Shown here piece after piece: positions 35,190-44,816 of a stretch of 64,000 bases of DNA. A program made the position numbers and the translations under genes. The DNA lies in the IMG/VR virus record IMGVR_UViG_3300024336_000005, positions 140,009-204,008 of that record. One strand, 5' to 3'. Positions within the stretch are counted from its first letter, which is position 1. Each line of letters opens with the position of its first letter. The notes under the pieces are model-generated. The model ran no database searches, had not been told where the DNA came from, and saw only the letters and a list, made by a program, of their open reading frames with translations.

Positions 35190-35704
35190 TGGAAGCTCTT
35201 ATTATTCTAGGAGTCATTGTTGGAACAATCTTTTTCTCTTGGCTTTTCCTTAAGCCCAAGGATGATAAGGAGGGTGGCTTAGAGCTTGCTCAAGACCTTG
35301 AGCCCGTGCTCGCTGCTCTCCGCACGGTGTACCAGAAAGTAGCAGAAGACACAGCGTCTGTTACTGGACGCCTGACCACCCTAGAAGCGACTGTAAAGGC
35401 TACCCCTGGTAAGACCCTACAAACCATTCAGGGAAGCGTTAACAACACCACTGGGAAGCTTGGAGAGATGATACAGCTCCTTGAGCTGCAAGCCACCTAT
35501 GATAGGCTTATGGTCATCGGAGATATTGTAGACTTCATTGGGATTAAGTTTGCCACTGAGACTGAGCCTGCGCATATCGACTTCATCGATATTAAGACTG
35601 GAAAGAAGGCTGCTCTTAGCTCTGACCAGAGGAAGCTTAGGGATCTTATCAAAAACAATCCTGCTTGCATTACATTCAAGACGGTGAAAGTACAAATTAC
35701 ATGA
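35189..35704 (+). CDS. Membrane-anchored PD-(D/E)XK nuclease related to archaeal Holliday junction resolvase
   Basis: N-terminal TM; GKLGE, GDIVDFI, FIDIKTG...LS.DQR..RD.I. Confidence 0.7.
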   Translation: MEALIILGVIVGTIFFSWLFLKPKDDKEGGLELAQDLEPVLAALRTVYQKVAEDTASVTGRLTTLEATVKATPGKTLQTIQGSVNNTTGKLGEMIQLLELQATYDRLMVIGDIVDFIGIKFATETEPAHIDFIDIKTGKKAALSSDQRKLRDLIKNNPACITFKTVKVQIT

Positions 35705-35898
35705 GCTGGGAATATGATCACTACTCTCTTCGTGCTGCCGTAGAGCTGCTCGCAAAGTTAGCTAATGTAGATGAGTGTTGGCTTGATCATTATGACTGGT
35801 GTCGGGCACATGGCCATCAGTCTCCATGTCCCAATAAAGAGGCCCTTGAGTTCGTCAAGAGGTTCAAGGAGCGTTACGAGATTGAAGGCAACGACTGA
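35701..35898 (+). CDS. Small Cys/His protein
   Basis: ECWLDHYDWCRAHGHQSPCP. Confidence 0.5.
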   Translation: MSWEYDHYSLRAAVELLAKLANVDECWLDHYDWCRAHGHQSPCPNKEALEFVKRFKERYEIEGND

Positions 35899-36583
35899 AG
35901 ATATTAGGAAGTACTCCTTCTGCCCGAAGTTCTTTGAACAGGGGGGAGAGTTTTCGGAGAGGCATCAAGGTGGAGTCGAGTTCACTCGGCTCCTTACTTA
36001 CTTGTTTCGGCGCGACCTTGAGTTGGACGTGAAGCAAAACTTTGATTCCCTTACGAGCAGATGGAAGAAGATCTTCTTTCAGGCTCACTCAGAGGACAGC
36101 CTGGACGACCTTCGATTGTATAATCAATCATTGGTCGCCTTGCATAGATTCCATAAGTGGTATCTTAAGCAGCCAACTTCTGCTGTTGGTATCAATCATG
36201 ATTTGTCTAGCCTCGTCTATGGCCATGAGCTGTCCTCTAATGTGCCAGTCCTGCTGATGGAACCAGATAAGTCTGTGACTCTAATCTTGACTGAGCCTTT
36301 GGTGGATGCTTCTTTAGTTAGACTTGACCCTGCCATCAGATATGTTTCGATGGCGTTAGGGGAAGAGTTCCAAATTAAGAAGGTCTGCAATGTGGCGCTC
36401 ATCGATTACAAGCTGTTCCACGCAGAGGAGTTTGAGCCAGACAACCGTTACTGGGAGTCTGCTATGCTAGACTATGTTGGCGTTATGCAATCTCTACAGC
36501 ATTCTATTACGTATCCAAATACTAGTGGATGCAACACATGTTCTATTCGTATGACATGTGAAGTGATGAAAGGTAATGATTAG
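35882..36583 (+). CDS. Cas4/AddB-like PD-(D/E)XK fold protein, probably catalytically inactive
   Basis: N-terminal YSFCPK and C-terminal CNTCSIRMTC (Fe-S-type Cys staple); no D...ExK core visible. Confidence 0.55.
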   Translation: MKATTEDIRKYSFCPKFFEQGGEFSERHQGGVEFTRLLTYLFRRDLELDVKQNFDSLTSRWKKIFFQAHSEDSLDDLRLYNQSLVALHRFHKWYLKQPTSAVGINHDLSSLVYGHELSSNVPVLLMEPDKSVTLILTEPLVDASLVRLDPAIRYVSMALGEEFQIKKVCNVALIDYKLFHAEEFEPDNRYWESAMLDYVGVMQSLQHSITYPNTSGCNTCSIRMTCEVMKGND

Positions 36584-36893
36584 ACCCGTAACGATTTCTC
36601 CCGGTGAGGGACTCTGGACCGAAGAGGAGATGTATGAACTTAAGGTCTACATCGAAGGAGTTCGGAACTTGACGTTCCGGAACTCCGCGCCGGGCGTAGC
36701 ATTAGATGAGGAGAGCGATACAATTCATACAGGAACCAAAAGTATGATATGGAAACTTAAGAAGAAGGGGTCGTTGGACTTCACTCTTCTTATCTTTGCT
36801 CATAATAAGGCTTACACCCCAACGTGGGAAATCCTACCTTCACCCTCAAGGCTTAGCGTGTGGACAAATGTCGAAAGGTGCAGAAAAGATTAA
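36576..36893 (+). CDS. Hypothetical protein
   Basis: ORF in operon. Confidence 0.55.
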   Translation: MIRPVTISPGEGLWTEEEMYELKVYIEGVRNLTFRNSAPGVALDEESDTIHTGTKSMIWKLKKKGSLDFTLLIFAHNKAYTPTWEILPSPSRLSVWTNVERCRKD

Positions 36894-37332
36894 GGCCCTC
36901 TTGTTTGAACTCTATGGGAAAGCAACTCATATTGTAGAAGAACATCAAGTGGGCTATAAGCTCAGATTGGATTACTATATCCCTTCACTTGGATTTGCAG
37001 TTGAGTATCATGGCCGCCAACATGAGGAGTTTGTTTCTCATTTTCATGGCGATGCTGAAGGCTTCGATGATGCAAAGAGAAGAGACAGAAAAAAGATTGA
37101 ACTCTGCGCAGAGCAAAACATTGCTCTGGTTGTGGTTTGGTATCATGAGACTCTGACAGTAGAACTACTTAAGAGTAAGATCAATGAAGCGCTAGACTCG
37201 TTTGTTCCAGTGGAAGCTCCCCCTCCAAAGAGGGATGAGTATCGAGAGAGGCGCTTGGCTAAAGCCAAAGAAGCTCGAAAGGAGCAATACAAATGGAAAC
37301 GAGAAAGATTGAAACAGTTCCGGTCGAAATAA
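36868..37332 (+). CDS. Vsr/DUF559-like endonuclease
   Basis: LRLDYYIP...AVEYHGRQH...RDRKK..LC..QNI.L. Confidence 0.75.
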   Translation: MSKGAEKIKALLFELYGKATHIVEEHQVGYKLRLDYYIPSLGFAVEYHGRQHEEFVSHFHGDAEGFDDAKRRDRKKIELCAEQNIALVVVWYHETLTVELLKSKINEALDSFVPVEAPPPKRDEYRERRLAKAKEARKEQYKWKRERLKQFRSK

Positions 37333-37550
37333 TGTTTACTGTCGCCGAGGGCATTAGCATGAGGAAGAGAAGTGCAGTCAATAAGATCTGCATAGACTTT
37401 GGACTTGTTGAAGACAGGCTTCAGTTTAAGACCATTTATGGCAACCCAGCAGCCTGGGTTGCCGAGCTTAAGTGCAGTCTTGATCGCGCACTTAAGACTG
37501 ATGAGTACACTCTTACTGCAGTCAAGTTTACTAGAGGTGAAGCGCTCTAA
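37332..37550 (+). CDS. Hypothetical protein
   Basis: TAATG-coupled on both sides. Confidence 0.5.
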   Translation: MFTVAEGISMRKRSAVNKICIDFGLVEDRLQFKTIYGNPAAWVAELKCSLDRALKTDEYTLTAVKFTRGEAL

Positions 37551-38050
37551 TGGGGGGGCTTAATGAAGGAATGCAGAAAGGAATAACCTTCTCTGTCAAC
37601 GAGGCTCCTATGGCTCAACCACGCCCCAAGGCAAGACGCATTGGGGCTGGCATCCAAATCTATACACCCAACAATAAGAAGGTCAAGGACCATAAGACTG
37701 CAATTGCTACCGCTTATGCAGAAGCTGCCGCCTTCGGGGGGTTCAATGAACTCCTTGAGGGGCCCCTTCGGGTTAGAATTGACTTCATTATGAAGCGCCC
37801 CGCCGATATGCTTTCTGTCTCTCCTGATGATCTTCCCCCTCATGTAAGAAAGCCTGATGTAGACAACTTGGCGAAAGCTGTCTTGGATGCTTTGTCTGGG
37901 GTTGCGTGGAAGGATGACTCTCAAGTTTGGGACCTTAGCATTCGTAAGTTCTATGAAGAGGTTGAGCTTGGAGGAAAGTCTGGACGAAAGAAGGTTTCCA
38001 AAGAGCCTCGTATTGAAATAGTCATAAACTTTCTTCAGCCAAAGACCTAG
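37550..38050 (+). CDS. rusA: RusA Holliday junction resolvase
   Basis: P.AQPRPK, KPDVDNLAKAVLDAL.GVAWKDDSQV. Confidence 0.9.
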   Translation: MGGLNEGMQKGITFSVNEAPMAQPRPKARRIGAGIQIYTPNNKKVKDHKTAIATAYAEAAAFGGFNELLEGPLRVRIDFIMKRPADMLSVSPDDLPPHVRKPDVDNLAKAVLDALSGVAWKDDSQVWDLSIRKFYEEVELGGKSGRKKVSKEPRIEIVINFLQPKT

Positions 38051-38076
38051 ACAAAAGTCAAATGATATCCTATAAT
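38048..38076 (+). promoter_or_regulatory. Sigma70-type promoter upstream of the phage sigma factor
   Basis: TAGACA-17 bp-TATAAT in a rare intergenic gap. Confidence 0.7.
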
Positions 38077-38108
38077 TAGAATCCCTTGGTGCGGCTAAGG
38101 ATGTAATT

Positions 38109-38894
38109 ATGGGTGATAAGAAAAATAAAGCTCTCGGACGTAAGGTCCGTAACAGGGACATTGCACGCATTGATGAATGCTGCTTGGCCCTCAAGACTGG
38201 TACCAAAAAAGAAGCCTACGATGCTCAAGAAAAGATCCTAGAATACTTTGACAGCTATCTGGAAAAGTATGTAAATCTATTCTCTGGGGCTAGCATAGAC
38301 TTAAGCAACTACGACACCAGAGGCTTCCTCGGGATGTTCCTAACAGGTCGTCCCAAAACTCCTGCCAATTTATCTCATCAACGTTTGTATATTGCAAAGG
38401 TAATGCAGCGCTTTACTCGCGACGACATCAAGTCTGAGCTAACAGTATTGTTCTTAAATGTATTATCAAAGTATAGAATCGTAGAAGGAGTGAACGCTTT
38501 AAATCCTCTGACGAAGATTTTCAGATGGAGAGTTAAGGATTGGTTCAATAGAGTTGTGAAAGATCCTCTCTTCAAGACAGTAGAGCCCAGAGGCATTAGT
38601 GCCAGCGGGCAGAGGATTAGTCTTGAGGAGTTCATTGATTTGAATTGGCACGTAGAGCCTAACGTAGAAGAGATGGACTTGAGCATGGATCTGATTTGGA
38701 CATTGAGTCCTCGTCAGTCTTTCTATGCTGTCCTGAGTAGATATGAGAGATACCTCATCTCCCTTATCTTTGAGAAGAGACTTCCTATTGTCAAGGTGGC
38801 AGACAAGCTGCAGAGAGATAAGGATACGATTAAACGTCACCTACGCGCAGCTCTTAAAAAGCTGGAGGAAAAGATAACGGATGGGGAACGCTGA
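38109..38894 (+). CDS. Phage RNA polymerase sigma factor-like protein
   Basis: Region 2-like DDIKSEL.VLFL.VL.KY; region 4 HTH LSRYERYLI.LIF...IVKVADKL.....TIKRHLRAALKKL. Confidence 0.7.
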   Translation: MGDKKNKALGRKVRNRDIARIDECCLALKTGTKKEAYDAQEKILEYFDSYLEKYVNLFSGASIDLSNYDTRGFLGMFLTGRPKTPANLSHQRLYIAKVMQRFTRDDIKSELTVLFLNVLSKYRIVEGVNALNPLTKIFRWRVKDWFNRVVKDPLFKTVEPRGISASGQRISLEEFIDLNWHVEPNVEEMDLSMDLIWTLSPRQSFYAVLSRYERYLISLIFEKRLPIVKVADKLQRDKDTIKRHLRAALKKLEEKITDGER

Positions 38895-39822
38895 AGCACC
38901 AGAAGTCGGCTCGCTAGTTCAAGTAGAAAAGAATCTTAGGCTTCGTCATGTCGTTGGACAAGAGGAGGCCGTAAGGAGACTAGCGGGTCTTGTTGATCGA
39001 ATCTTGAATGATGATCACTTCTCTGACTGGGCTCTCGATAAGCCAAAGGCCATAGCCTTGACTGGGCCGCCTGGCTGTGGGAAGACCCACTCAATTAGAG
39101 CATTAGCAAATGAAGTTGAATGTCCTTTGATTGAACTGTGCTATGAAGACTTGGCGTCTCATCTGTATGATGAATCGATTGAAAAGTTGGCGGCGTTTAA
39201 GGCTCAGGTGGACGAAGTCTCAAGAGAGCATGGACATGTATTAATTCTTATAGACGAAGCAGACAGCTTCTTTCTATCTAGGTTCGATAGCAATGTCCAT
39301 GCGTCTGACAAGAAGAAGACAAACTTCTTCCTTCGTTGGATTGATGGAGACATGGAGGGCAGCCAGAACTTTACAATGGTTGTCACCTCTAATGCGTGGG
39401 ACTTAATTGACCCTGCCCTTAAGAGGTCTGGGCGCTTTACTGAGATCAAGTATCACAAGCTAAAGCCCGAGCATATAAAAGAAGCCCTGCAAGTTCATAT
39501 TGAACTCGCTGAGTCTAAGGCTGGTAGGAAGATGTTCGCTCCCTTGGAGGGAGACTTCGCATTGCCGGCAACAGTTACTGGGGCTGACATCAAAGAGATC
39601 GTGGCAGAAGTGCTACTGCAGAAGGCCAATGAGTTTCTTCCTCTGTATAGACTGAAGATGGATGGTCAAGACGTTAATATTACATACGGAAAGGATTCGT
39701 TAATTCATCCTGATGATGTGTACGCTGCGGCATTTAAAATTGCCAATAGTATGAATCAGGAGAAGAGGAGTGTGGGGTTTGGACGGAGCAGAACTGAATG
39801 TGCTGAACATTATAAAGCGTGA
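38881..39822 (+). CDS. AAA+ ATPase (classic AAA clade)
   Basis: GPPGCGKT, LILIDEAD, TSN...IDPALKRSGRF, TGADI. Confidence 0.9.
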   Translation: MGNAEAPEVGSLVQVEKNLRLRHVVGQEEAVRRLAGLVDRILNDDHFSDWALDKPKAIALTGPPGCGKTHSIRALANEVECPLIELCYEDLASHLYDESIEKLAAFKAQVDEVSREHGHVLILIDEADSFFLSRFDSNVHASDKKKTNFFLRWIDGDMEGSQNFTMVVTSNAWDLIDPALKRSGRFTEIKYHKLKPEHIKEALQVHIELAESKAGRKMFAPLEGDFALPATVTGADIKEIVAEVLLQKANEFLPLYRLKMDGQDVNITYGKDSLIHPDDVYAAAFKIANSMNQEKRSVGFGRSRTECAEHYKA

Positions 39823-40855
39823 GATTACTCGCCCTAGGCATCCTAGAGCTAGAAGAAATCCTACGTTTTATCCTTCATCAGCCTCGGCAGTAACACCAGA
39901 GGGACATGTCCTTGGTGGTTGCTGGAGATCAGATTGGTATAGAATCCACAACGTGGTTCCTACCAATGAATCTGAATTGTACATGCATATGATTTGGCAC
40001 TTGGGTCGCGCCATAGAGAGCAAGCTCATTGATGCAATGAAGTGTGCTGGCATCTATGAAAATGATGGAGTCAAGTTCTACGACCCTAAGCATAATGTTT
40101 CTGGCGAGCTAGATATCGTTGGGCGATATCGTCGCAAGGACCAATCAATTGGCTACTATGGAATAGAGGTCAAGAGTGTTTATGGCATTGGTGTTAGCAA
40201 GACTATCATGGGGAGGTCCCGTGCATGGCGTGGGCAGAAGGCGTTTGATCCCTTTCCGAAAGAGTCAAACATCATGCAGACCATGGTCTATTTAGACCAG
40301 TTCTCCAAGGAGCATGGCGACGGCTACCACCTAGAGTTCTTTAAGCTTGTGTACATGCCAAGAGATAAGCCTAATGATGGACGAGAGTATACTGTTCGCC
40401 TAGTTACAAAGGCTGATCTTGACAGTGTGCTGCTTGCAAAGTATGGCCCTAAGATGAAGGACGGGGAAAGGTACGCTCAGGTTGAGACCGATGGCTTCTC
40501 TACTAAGATAGAGGTAAGATTCAGTCTCGAAGATATGTACTCTCGTTGGCTGGAAGAGAAGGAGATGTTCAAGCAGAATGTTATTCCCGTGCGACCATAC
40601 AAGAAGTTCTACTCACCGGAAGAGATTGACAGCTATAAGGCAGCAGGAATGGTTTCCAAAACCATGTTCGAAGCCTGGGAGAAAGCAGGTAAGCCCAAGT
40701 CTTCATTGGATAAAACTCCTGGACATTTCCTATGTAAAAGTTATTGTGACTACAGAGATTTCTGTTATGACAGACTTGGACAGCCAAGGAAAGAAGCTGA
40801 CATGGTCGGACTAGTTCAAATTGCCGACCCCAAAGAGGAGGTAGAAAATGCCTGA
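39770..40855 (+). CDS. Cas4-like PD-(D/E)XK exonuclease
   Basis: YPSSAS...GGCWR, SGELDIV, IEVKS, Q..VY, C-terminal CKSYCDYRDFC. Confidence 0.75.
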   Translation: MWGLDGAELNVLNIIKREITRPRHPRARRNPTFYPSSASAVTPEGHVLGGCWRSDWYRIHNVVPTNESELYMHMIWHLGRAIESKLIDAMKCAGIYENDGVKFYDPKHNVSGELDIVGRYRRKDQSIGYYGIEVKSVYGIGVSKTIMGRSRAWRGQKAFDPFPKESNIMQTMVYLDQFSKEHGDGYHLEFFKLVYMPRDKPNDGREYTVRLVTKADLDSVLLAKYGPKMKDGERYAQVETDGFSTKIEVRFSLEDMYSRWLEEKEMFKQNVIPVRPYKKFYSPEEIDSYKAAGMVSKTMFEAWEKAGKPKSSLDKTPGHFLCKSYCDYRDFCYDRLGQPRKEADMVGLVQIADPKEEVENA

Positions 40856-41441
40856 AGAGAAGAAGGCGCCCCGTAGAGGACGCCCCAAGAAGACTGAAGA
40901 AGTTGTTGAGCCTGTAGTCGTACAGTCCGAAGAGTCCGCTGATGAAGTTGATAAGAGGATGGTGCCCAGAGATAGGGAGGAGGATAGGGTTGCCCCTATT
41001 AACTTCGGACCTGTTGGTCCTCGTATGGGCGTCGAGGTGTTTCTTCCGAAGGGAGATGTTGGCTTTAAGTTTACCAACTCCTCAAGCGATCAGGTTGTAT
41101 CCTTCGAACCTCCTGTTGCCGTTAGGGTAACTAAAGAGGGAGGCACCTATAATAAGCTCGAGTTCTTTTACGAGACTGCCGCAGTGCCTTATAGTCGCTT
41201 CGACAATAAGAACTTCCTCTTGATCACTCACAAGAATCCAGAGACTGGAAATCCTGTTGGACGCATCTATCGTAAGATAGTTTGCTCTGGGCGATTCTAC
41301 ACTTCTCTGAAGCAGATTCCTAATGTGAGACTAGTTAAGTTTGTGTGCTACACACAAGCTAAAGAACACTTTAACGATGGGACAGACAAGAATACCCCTA
41401 AGCATATGCCGGGGCTTGCTGCTCCCTACGTAAGGAGATAG
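40848..41441 (+). CDS. Hypothetical protein with N-terminal AT-hook-like RRGRPKK
   Basis: SD GAGGAGG. Confidence 0.65.
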   Translation: MPEEKKAPRRGRPKKTEEVVEPVVVQSEESADEVDKRMVPRDREEDRVAPINFGPVGPRMGVEVFLPKGDVGFKFTNSSSDQVVSFEPPVAVRVTKEGGTYNKLEFFYETAAVPYSRFDNKNFLLITHKNPETGNPVGRIYRKIVCSGRFYTSLKQIPNVRLVKFVCYTQAKEHFNDGTDKNTPKHMPGLAAPYVRR

Positions 41442-41443
41442 CC

Positions 41444-41647
41444 ATGAAGAAAGTTGTTGGCTACTATACCTTGGCTCGAAACGAAAGTATCGATCTTCCT
41501 CACGATGCACACATCATTGAATCTCGGGTAGACCATAATGGTGTTGCTACGGTCCTTGTTTCATATATGGAATATGAGACCGAAGCTGAGATTCCTGTGC
41601 CAGGTGGATGGGGAGCCCCACCTCTTATCCCTGTCTCCTCTACTTAA
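41444..41647 (+). CDS. Hypothetical protein
   Basis: SD AAGGAG; last gene of the + arm. Confidence 0.6.
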   Translation: MKKVVGYYTLARNESIDLPHDAHIIESRVDHNGVATVLVSYMEYETEAEIPVPGGWGAPPLIPVSST

Positions 41648-41859
41648 ACAATAGCCGCCAACGCGGCTTCCGCGACTGTAAGCCTTGCTTTAGTCGTTAC
41701 CATCTCCGCCTCCACGGCGTTGAGATCGGTTTCCAAAAGAAGAGTAGCTGCATTAAACTGTGTTGTGCTGATACTGTTCCTGACCAGCTTTTCTAGCTGG
41801 TCTATGCGTACTAACGCCGCATTCAATGCGGTTTCCAATTCTGTGTTAGTTAGTGCCAT
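41644..41859 (-). CDS. Small coiled-coil protein
   Basis: Heptad pattern; coupled to the upstream holin-like gene. Confidence 0.6.
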   Translation of the reverse strand: MALTNTELETALNAALVRIDQLEKLVRNSISTTQFNAATLLLETDLNAVEAEMVTTKARLTVAEAALAAIV

Positions 41860-42161
41860 TACACCCCCTCCCCTTTATCAATAGCTTTGTCTGATTCCTG
41901 GTCTGATGTTGTATCCCCTATATTCCCTTTTAATTTTAGAGCAGTCCTTGGGATTGCGACACGGGCTACTGATATACCTATATAGCCTAGGGCTATGGTT
42001 ACAATCGAAGATGCGATTGTTTCAAAAATTCCCACACCCCAACCGAAAATAGAATACGAAATTCCTATTGTACTGATAAGTACTATTCCTATTAGAGCTA
42101 ACAAAAACTTACGACTTAAGTATCCATTGTCATTATGGTAGTCTTTTTCGGTGAGGGCCAT
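41859..42161 (-). CDS. Holin-like two-TM membrane protein
   Basis: SRKFLLALIG.. TM1, second TM ending YIG, charged C-terminus. Confidence 0.6.
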   Translation of the reverse strand: MALTEKDYHNDNGYLSRKFLLALIGIVLISTIGISYSIFGWGVGIFETIASSIVTIALGYIGISVARVAIPRTALKLKGNIGDTTSDQESDKAIDKGEGV

Positions 42162-42167
42162 TTTTAT

Positions 42168-42521
42168 TTATTCCTCGGACGCCGGGGTATCCTCAGCTTT
42201 GGCTGGGTGTTCTACCTTTGGCTTGCGGGTTCTTCTCTTGGGAGCCTTCTCTTCGAGAGGCTCTTTCTCAACAGGGGGTAATGGTTTAGGTGCTTCTTTG
42301 AGAGGCTCCTCTCTTTCGTGCTCAGGCTTTGGCCGCAGTTCCTTGTCGTCTGGAATGGGGCGTTCGAGCTTAGGTTCTGGGGCGGGCGCTGCCGGTGCAG
42401 GCGCCGCTTCCACAGGTAGGGCTGGCTCTACTGCCCATGTACCACGTCTCCATTTTCTTTGCTTCTGTGGTGACCTGGGGGCAAATCCTCTGCCAACTCT
42501 GCTTACATTTTTAGTACTCAT
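42168..42521 (-). CDS. Pro/Glu/Lys-rich low-complexity protein
   Basis: PAPAAPAPEPK and EEPLKEAPK/KEPLEEKAPK repeats; SD AAGGAG. Confidence 0.6.
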   Translation of the reverse strand: MSTKNVSRVGRGFAPRSPQKQRKWRRGTWAVEPALPVEAAPAPAAPAPEPKLERPIPDDKELRPKPEHEREEPLKEAPKPLPPVEKEPLEEKAPKRRTRKPKVEHPAKAEDTPASEE

Positions 42522-42530
42522 CTTTTCTCC

Positions 42531-44813
42531 TTAAATTACTTGAAAGTCGATTACAATTATTGGGTCGGCTCCATCGATGATGTCAAATGCAGGTGTGACC
42601 GCATTGAAGATGCTCGGCTCTATGTCGAATCCAGTCGTCAGCTTATTCCTGACCTTTAGTGTATAGGTTGCAGTTGAATCGTAACCAGTGGTCACTGTGT
42701 AGTTGGCGTGACCCAAGGCAGTCTCAAAGACTACCTTCAGGATGCCCGTTCCCACAGTCCAAGTAGAACCTGCAGTTACGTCAACGTTGAAGAGGTCTGA
42801 AGTATCAATTGCGGAAATGTTGTGAGTGCCCTTTGATGGATCAACCGAGATCATCCCCTTTGACTTAACAACGTTATCCTTGTAAACCCTATATGGGTCA
42901 GGTCCTCCTACGCCGCCGTATGTAACACCATCATCATGAGGCGCCCAACCGGTTGGGGAGAAGGCTGCTGCCGTGCAAACAAGCCCATCAGCGTCTGCTG
43001 TTGCTGGGCCCTGCCATGTATTGTCAGCGAAAAGGCTTTCAAGGTACTTGAATGAACCAATCTCTCCATCACCGCCAATGGTCACATTCGCTGTATAAGT
43101 CCCGGCGCCTTCTGCGCTTGTGATGCTAGGACCATGATTGAAGGTCAGGCCTGTAATCCAAGCTGCATTGGTTGCATGGAACTCAATCCCTCCCCCGCCA
43201 GAAATAATCTTTGCAGCATCTACCCCATATAAATAAGCATCATTAGTTGCCTTTACGAGCGCAGAAGAATTAGACCCCTGAGCATCCACAAGGATGCTGT
43301 TGGCAGCCCCGATGGTTTTGATTCTTGAATTGGCACCAGTTCCTGATGCCGTCCGAGTGAAGATTCCTAAAGCTGTAGGATCACTAATCGTCTCAACCAA
43401 AGAGCCTAGCGTCAGGTCTACAGTCATGCCATTGCCGGCGTTGATGTCGACAACGCCTGAGCCAGAGCTTATTCTTGCAAATGTTCCAGCATCTAGTGTA
43501 ATGAAGTCCCCTCCCGTTGTATCAATCAGGAAGTCATCTGTCGTTATGCTAGAGCCTGCTGCGCCAACCATGAGCAATGAAGCCCATGCATCGATGGTCA
43601 GGTTTCCACTAATGGTATTGCTGATGGTAAGTTGGTGTGGGGCTGTCAGAAATGAATGAGCCCCAACGGAATCCTCTGAATATAGAGAGACGTGAGGCAG
43701 CCCGCCATTTGCTATGGTCTGCCTGCCTATAAAGATGCCTCCATATCTGGGGTCTGCCGTTGCAGTCTGCTTGCCAATGAAGAGCTCGTCCGTCTCGTCT
43801 TGACCTGACCCTCTGGTCATACGAAGCTCTAGCAGATCTGTCGCAGGGGCTGCTCCACCTGTCGCGAATAGGCTCTGCGTATACTCCGTCCCACTGACCT
43901 CATCATTCTCATACCACATGGACATGAAGTTGAGAGTTCCCGCATCTCCTGTTCCTGCAAATACAGGTCCAGTCCAGGTGAGTAGTCCGTCGATATTTAT
44001 TGCTGGGTCAACAGATTGGACAGGCACTGAAATTTGTACGGGGTTTATTGCTACCGTGCTTATGGTGTTCCCATTGTTATAGGCAGTCTGAAGGGTAGCT
44101 ACTCCTCCTAGTCCAAGCATCGCTGTATCCAGCGCCCCTAGCGCTGTGAGGATATCGGTGCTACCTACCATGTAAGTAGAGCCAGATATCTCTAGCCTTG
44201 TGGAGATGTCCCTGAAGGTGTTTATCTCTGCTTCTGTTCCTATCTGATGCTTAACGTCTAGGATTCTTTCTGCGAGAGAGTAGGTAGATGCAACTGGAGC
44301 GCCAGCAAAGTGCACCGTGTTGAACGTTCCACCTGCTCCTATGTTGTCTGGGTCCCAAGTCTCACCGGCCAATTGAATGATCCAGTTCCTTAGCTGTGTG
44401 TCATCATAGGCTGCGTTGTTCGCGTTGACCTCGTTCAAGAGGTCCTCTACTCTCCCCACCCTACCGAATAGACTCTGATATGAGTCCAGTACTACTTCCT
44501 TAATTGTTCTAGGACGTGTACCGTTATGAAGCAATCCCCCAAACTCTTGTGGTCGTGAAGTCTGGTCCATGTATACCTGTGAACCATCTAGTCCGTTAGT
44601 GATAGGATCTATCTTAGCGTTCCTATCTCCTATGGATCTTTGTTCCCTTCCTTGGGGAAGTGATGCTAGCAGGGGGTATAGTGCGCCGTTCCACTGAGCG
44701 GTAATCTCGTTCAGGTCGGTTATGATCTCTTGGAAGGACTCTTGTAGAGCCTCCCTGTCCTCAAGGTCTGCCCTGACGACACCTACTGGACGAAGTTCTC
44801 TTAGTTCGCTCAT
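42531..44813 (-). CDS. Virion structural protein, tail fibre/spike-like
   Basis: Helical N-terminus, TLQTAYNNG motif, long G/A/T-rich beta-strand region, C-terminal G..KV.F...ANY.V...TTGF fibre-type domain. Confidence 0.6.
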   Translation of the reverse strand: MSELRELRPVGVVRADLEDREALQESFQEIITDLNEITAQWNGALYPLLASLPQGREQRSIGDRNAKIDPITNGLDGSQVYMDQTSRPQEFGGLLHNGTRPRTIKEVVLDSYQSLFGRVGRVEDLLNEVNANNAAYDDTQLRNWIIQLAGETWDPDNIGAGGTFNTVHFAGAPVASTYSLAERILDVKHQIGTEAEINTFRDISTRLEISGSTYMVGSTDILTALGALDTAMLGLGGVATLQTAYNNGNTISTVAINPVQISVPVQSVDPAINIDGLLTWTGPVFAGTGDAGTLNFMSMWYENDEVSGTEYTQSLFATGGAAPATDLLELRMTRGSGQDETDELFIGKQTATADPRYGGIFIGRQTIANGGLPHVSLYSEDSVGAHSFLTAPHQLTISNTISGNLTIDAWASLLMVGAAGSSITTDDFLIDTTGGDFITLDAGTFARISSGSGVVDINAGNGMTVDLTLGSLVETISDPTALGIFTRTASGTGANSRIKTIGAANSILVDAQGSNSSALVKATNDAYLYGVDAAKIISGGGGIEFHATNAAWITGLTFNHGPSITSAEGAGTYTANVTIGGDGEIGSFKYLESLFADNTWQGPATADADGLVCTAAAFSPTGWAPHDDGVTYGGVGGPDPYRVYKDNVVKSKGMISVDPSKGTHNISAIDTSDLFNVDVTAGSTWTVGTGILKVVFETALGHANYTVTTGYDSTATYTLKVRNKLTTGFDIEPSIFNAVTPAFDIIDGADPIIVIDFQVI

Positions 44814-44816
44814 TTG

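Noticed and set aside
37547-38206. 219-aa minus-strand ORF and other antisense ORFs in the track
   Set aside because: They are shadows of well-supported genes on the opposite strand and have no motifs.
5870-39822. MoxR-type AAA+/VWA chaperone pair
   Set aside because: The genes are 32 kb apart and the ATPase has classic-clade (SRH, DPAL.R.GRF) motifs rather than MoxR motifs.
30984-42170. T4-like late promoter TAAATA before 30994 and 42161
   Set aside because: Only two instances, each overlapping a stop codon in an A-rich spacer; insufficient evidence.
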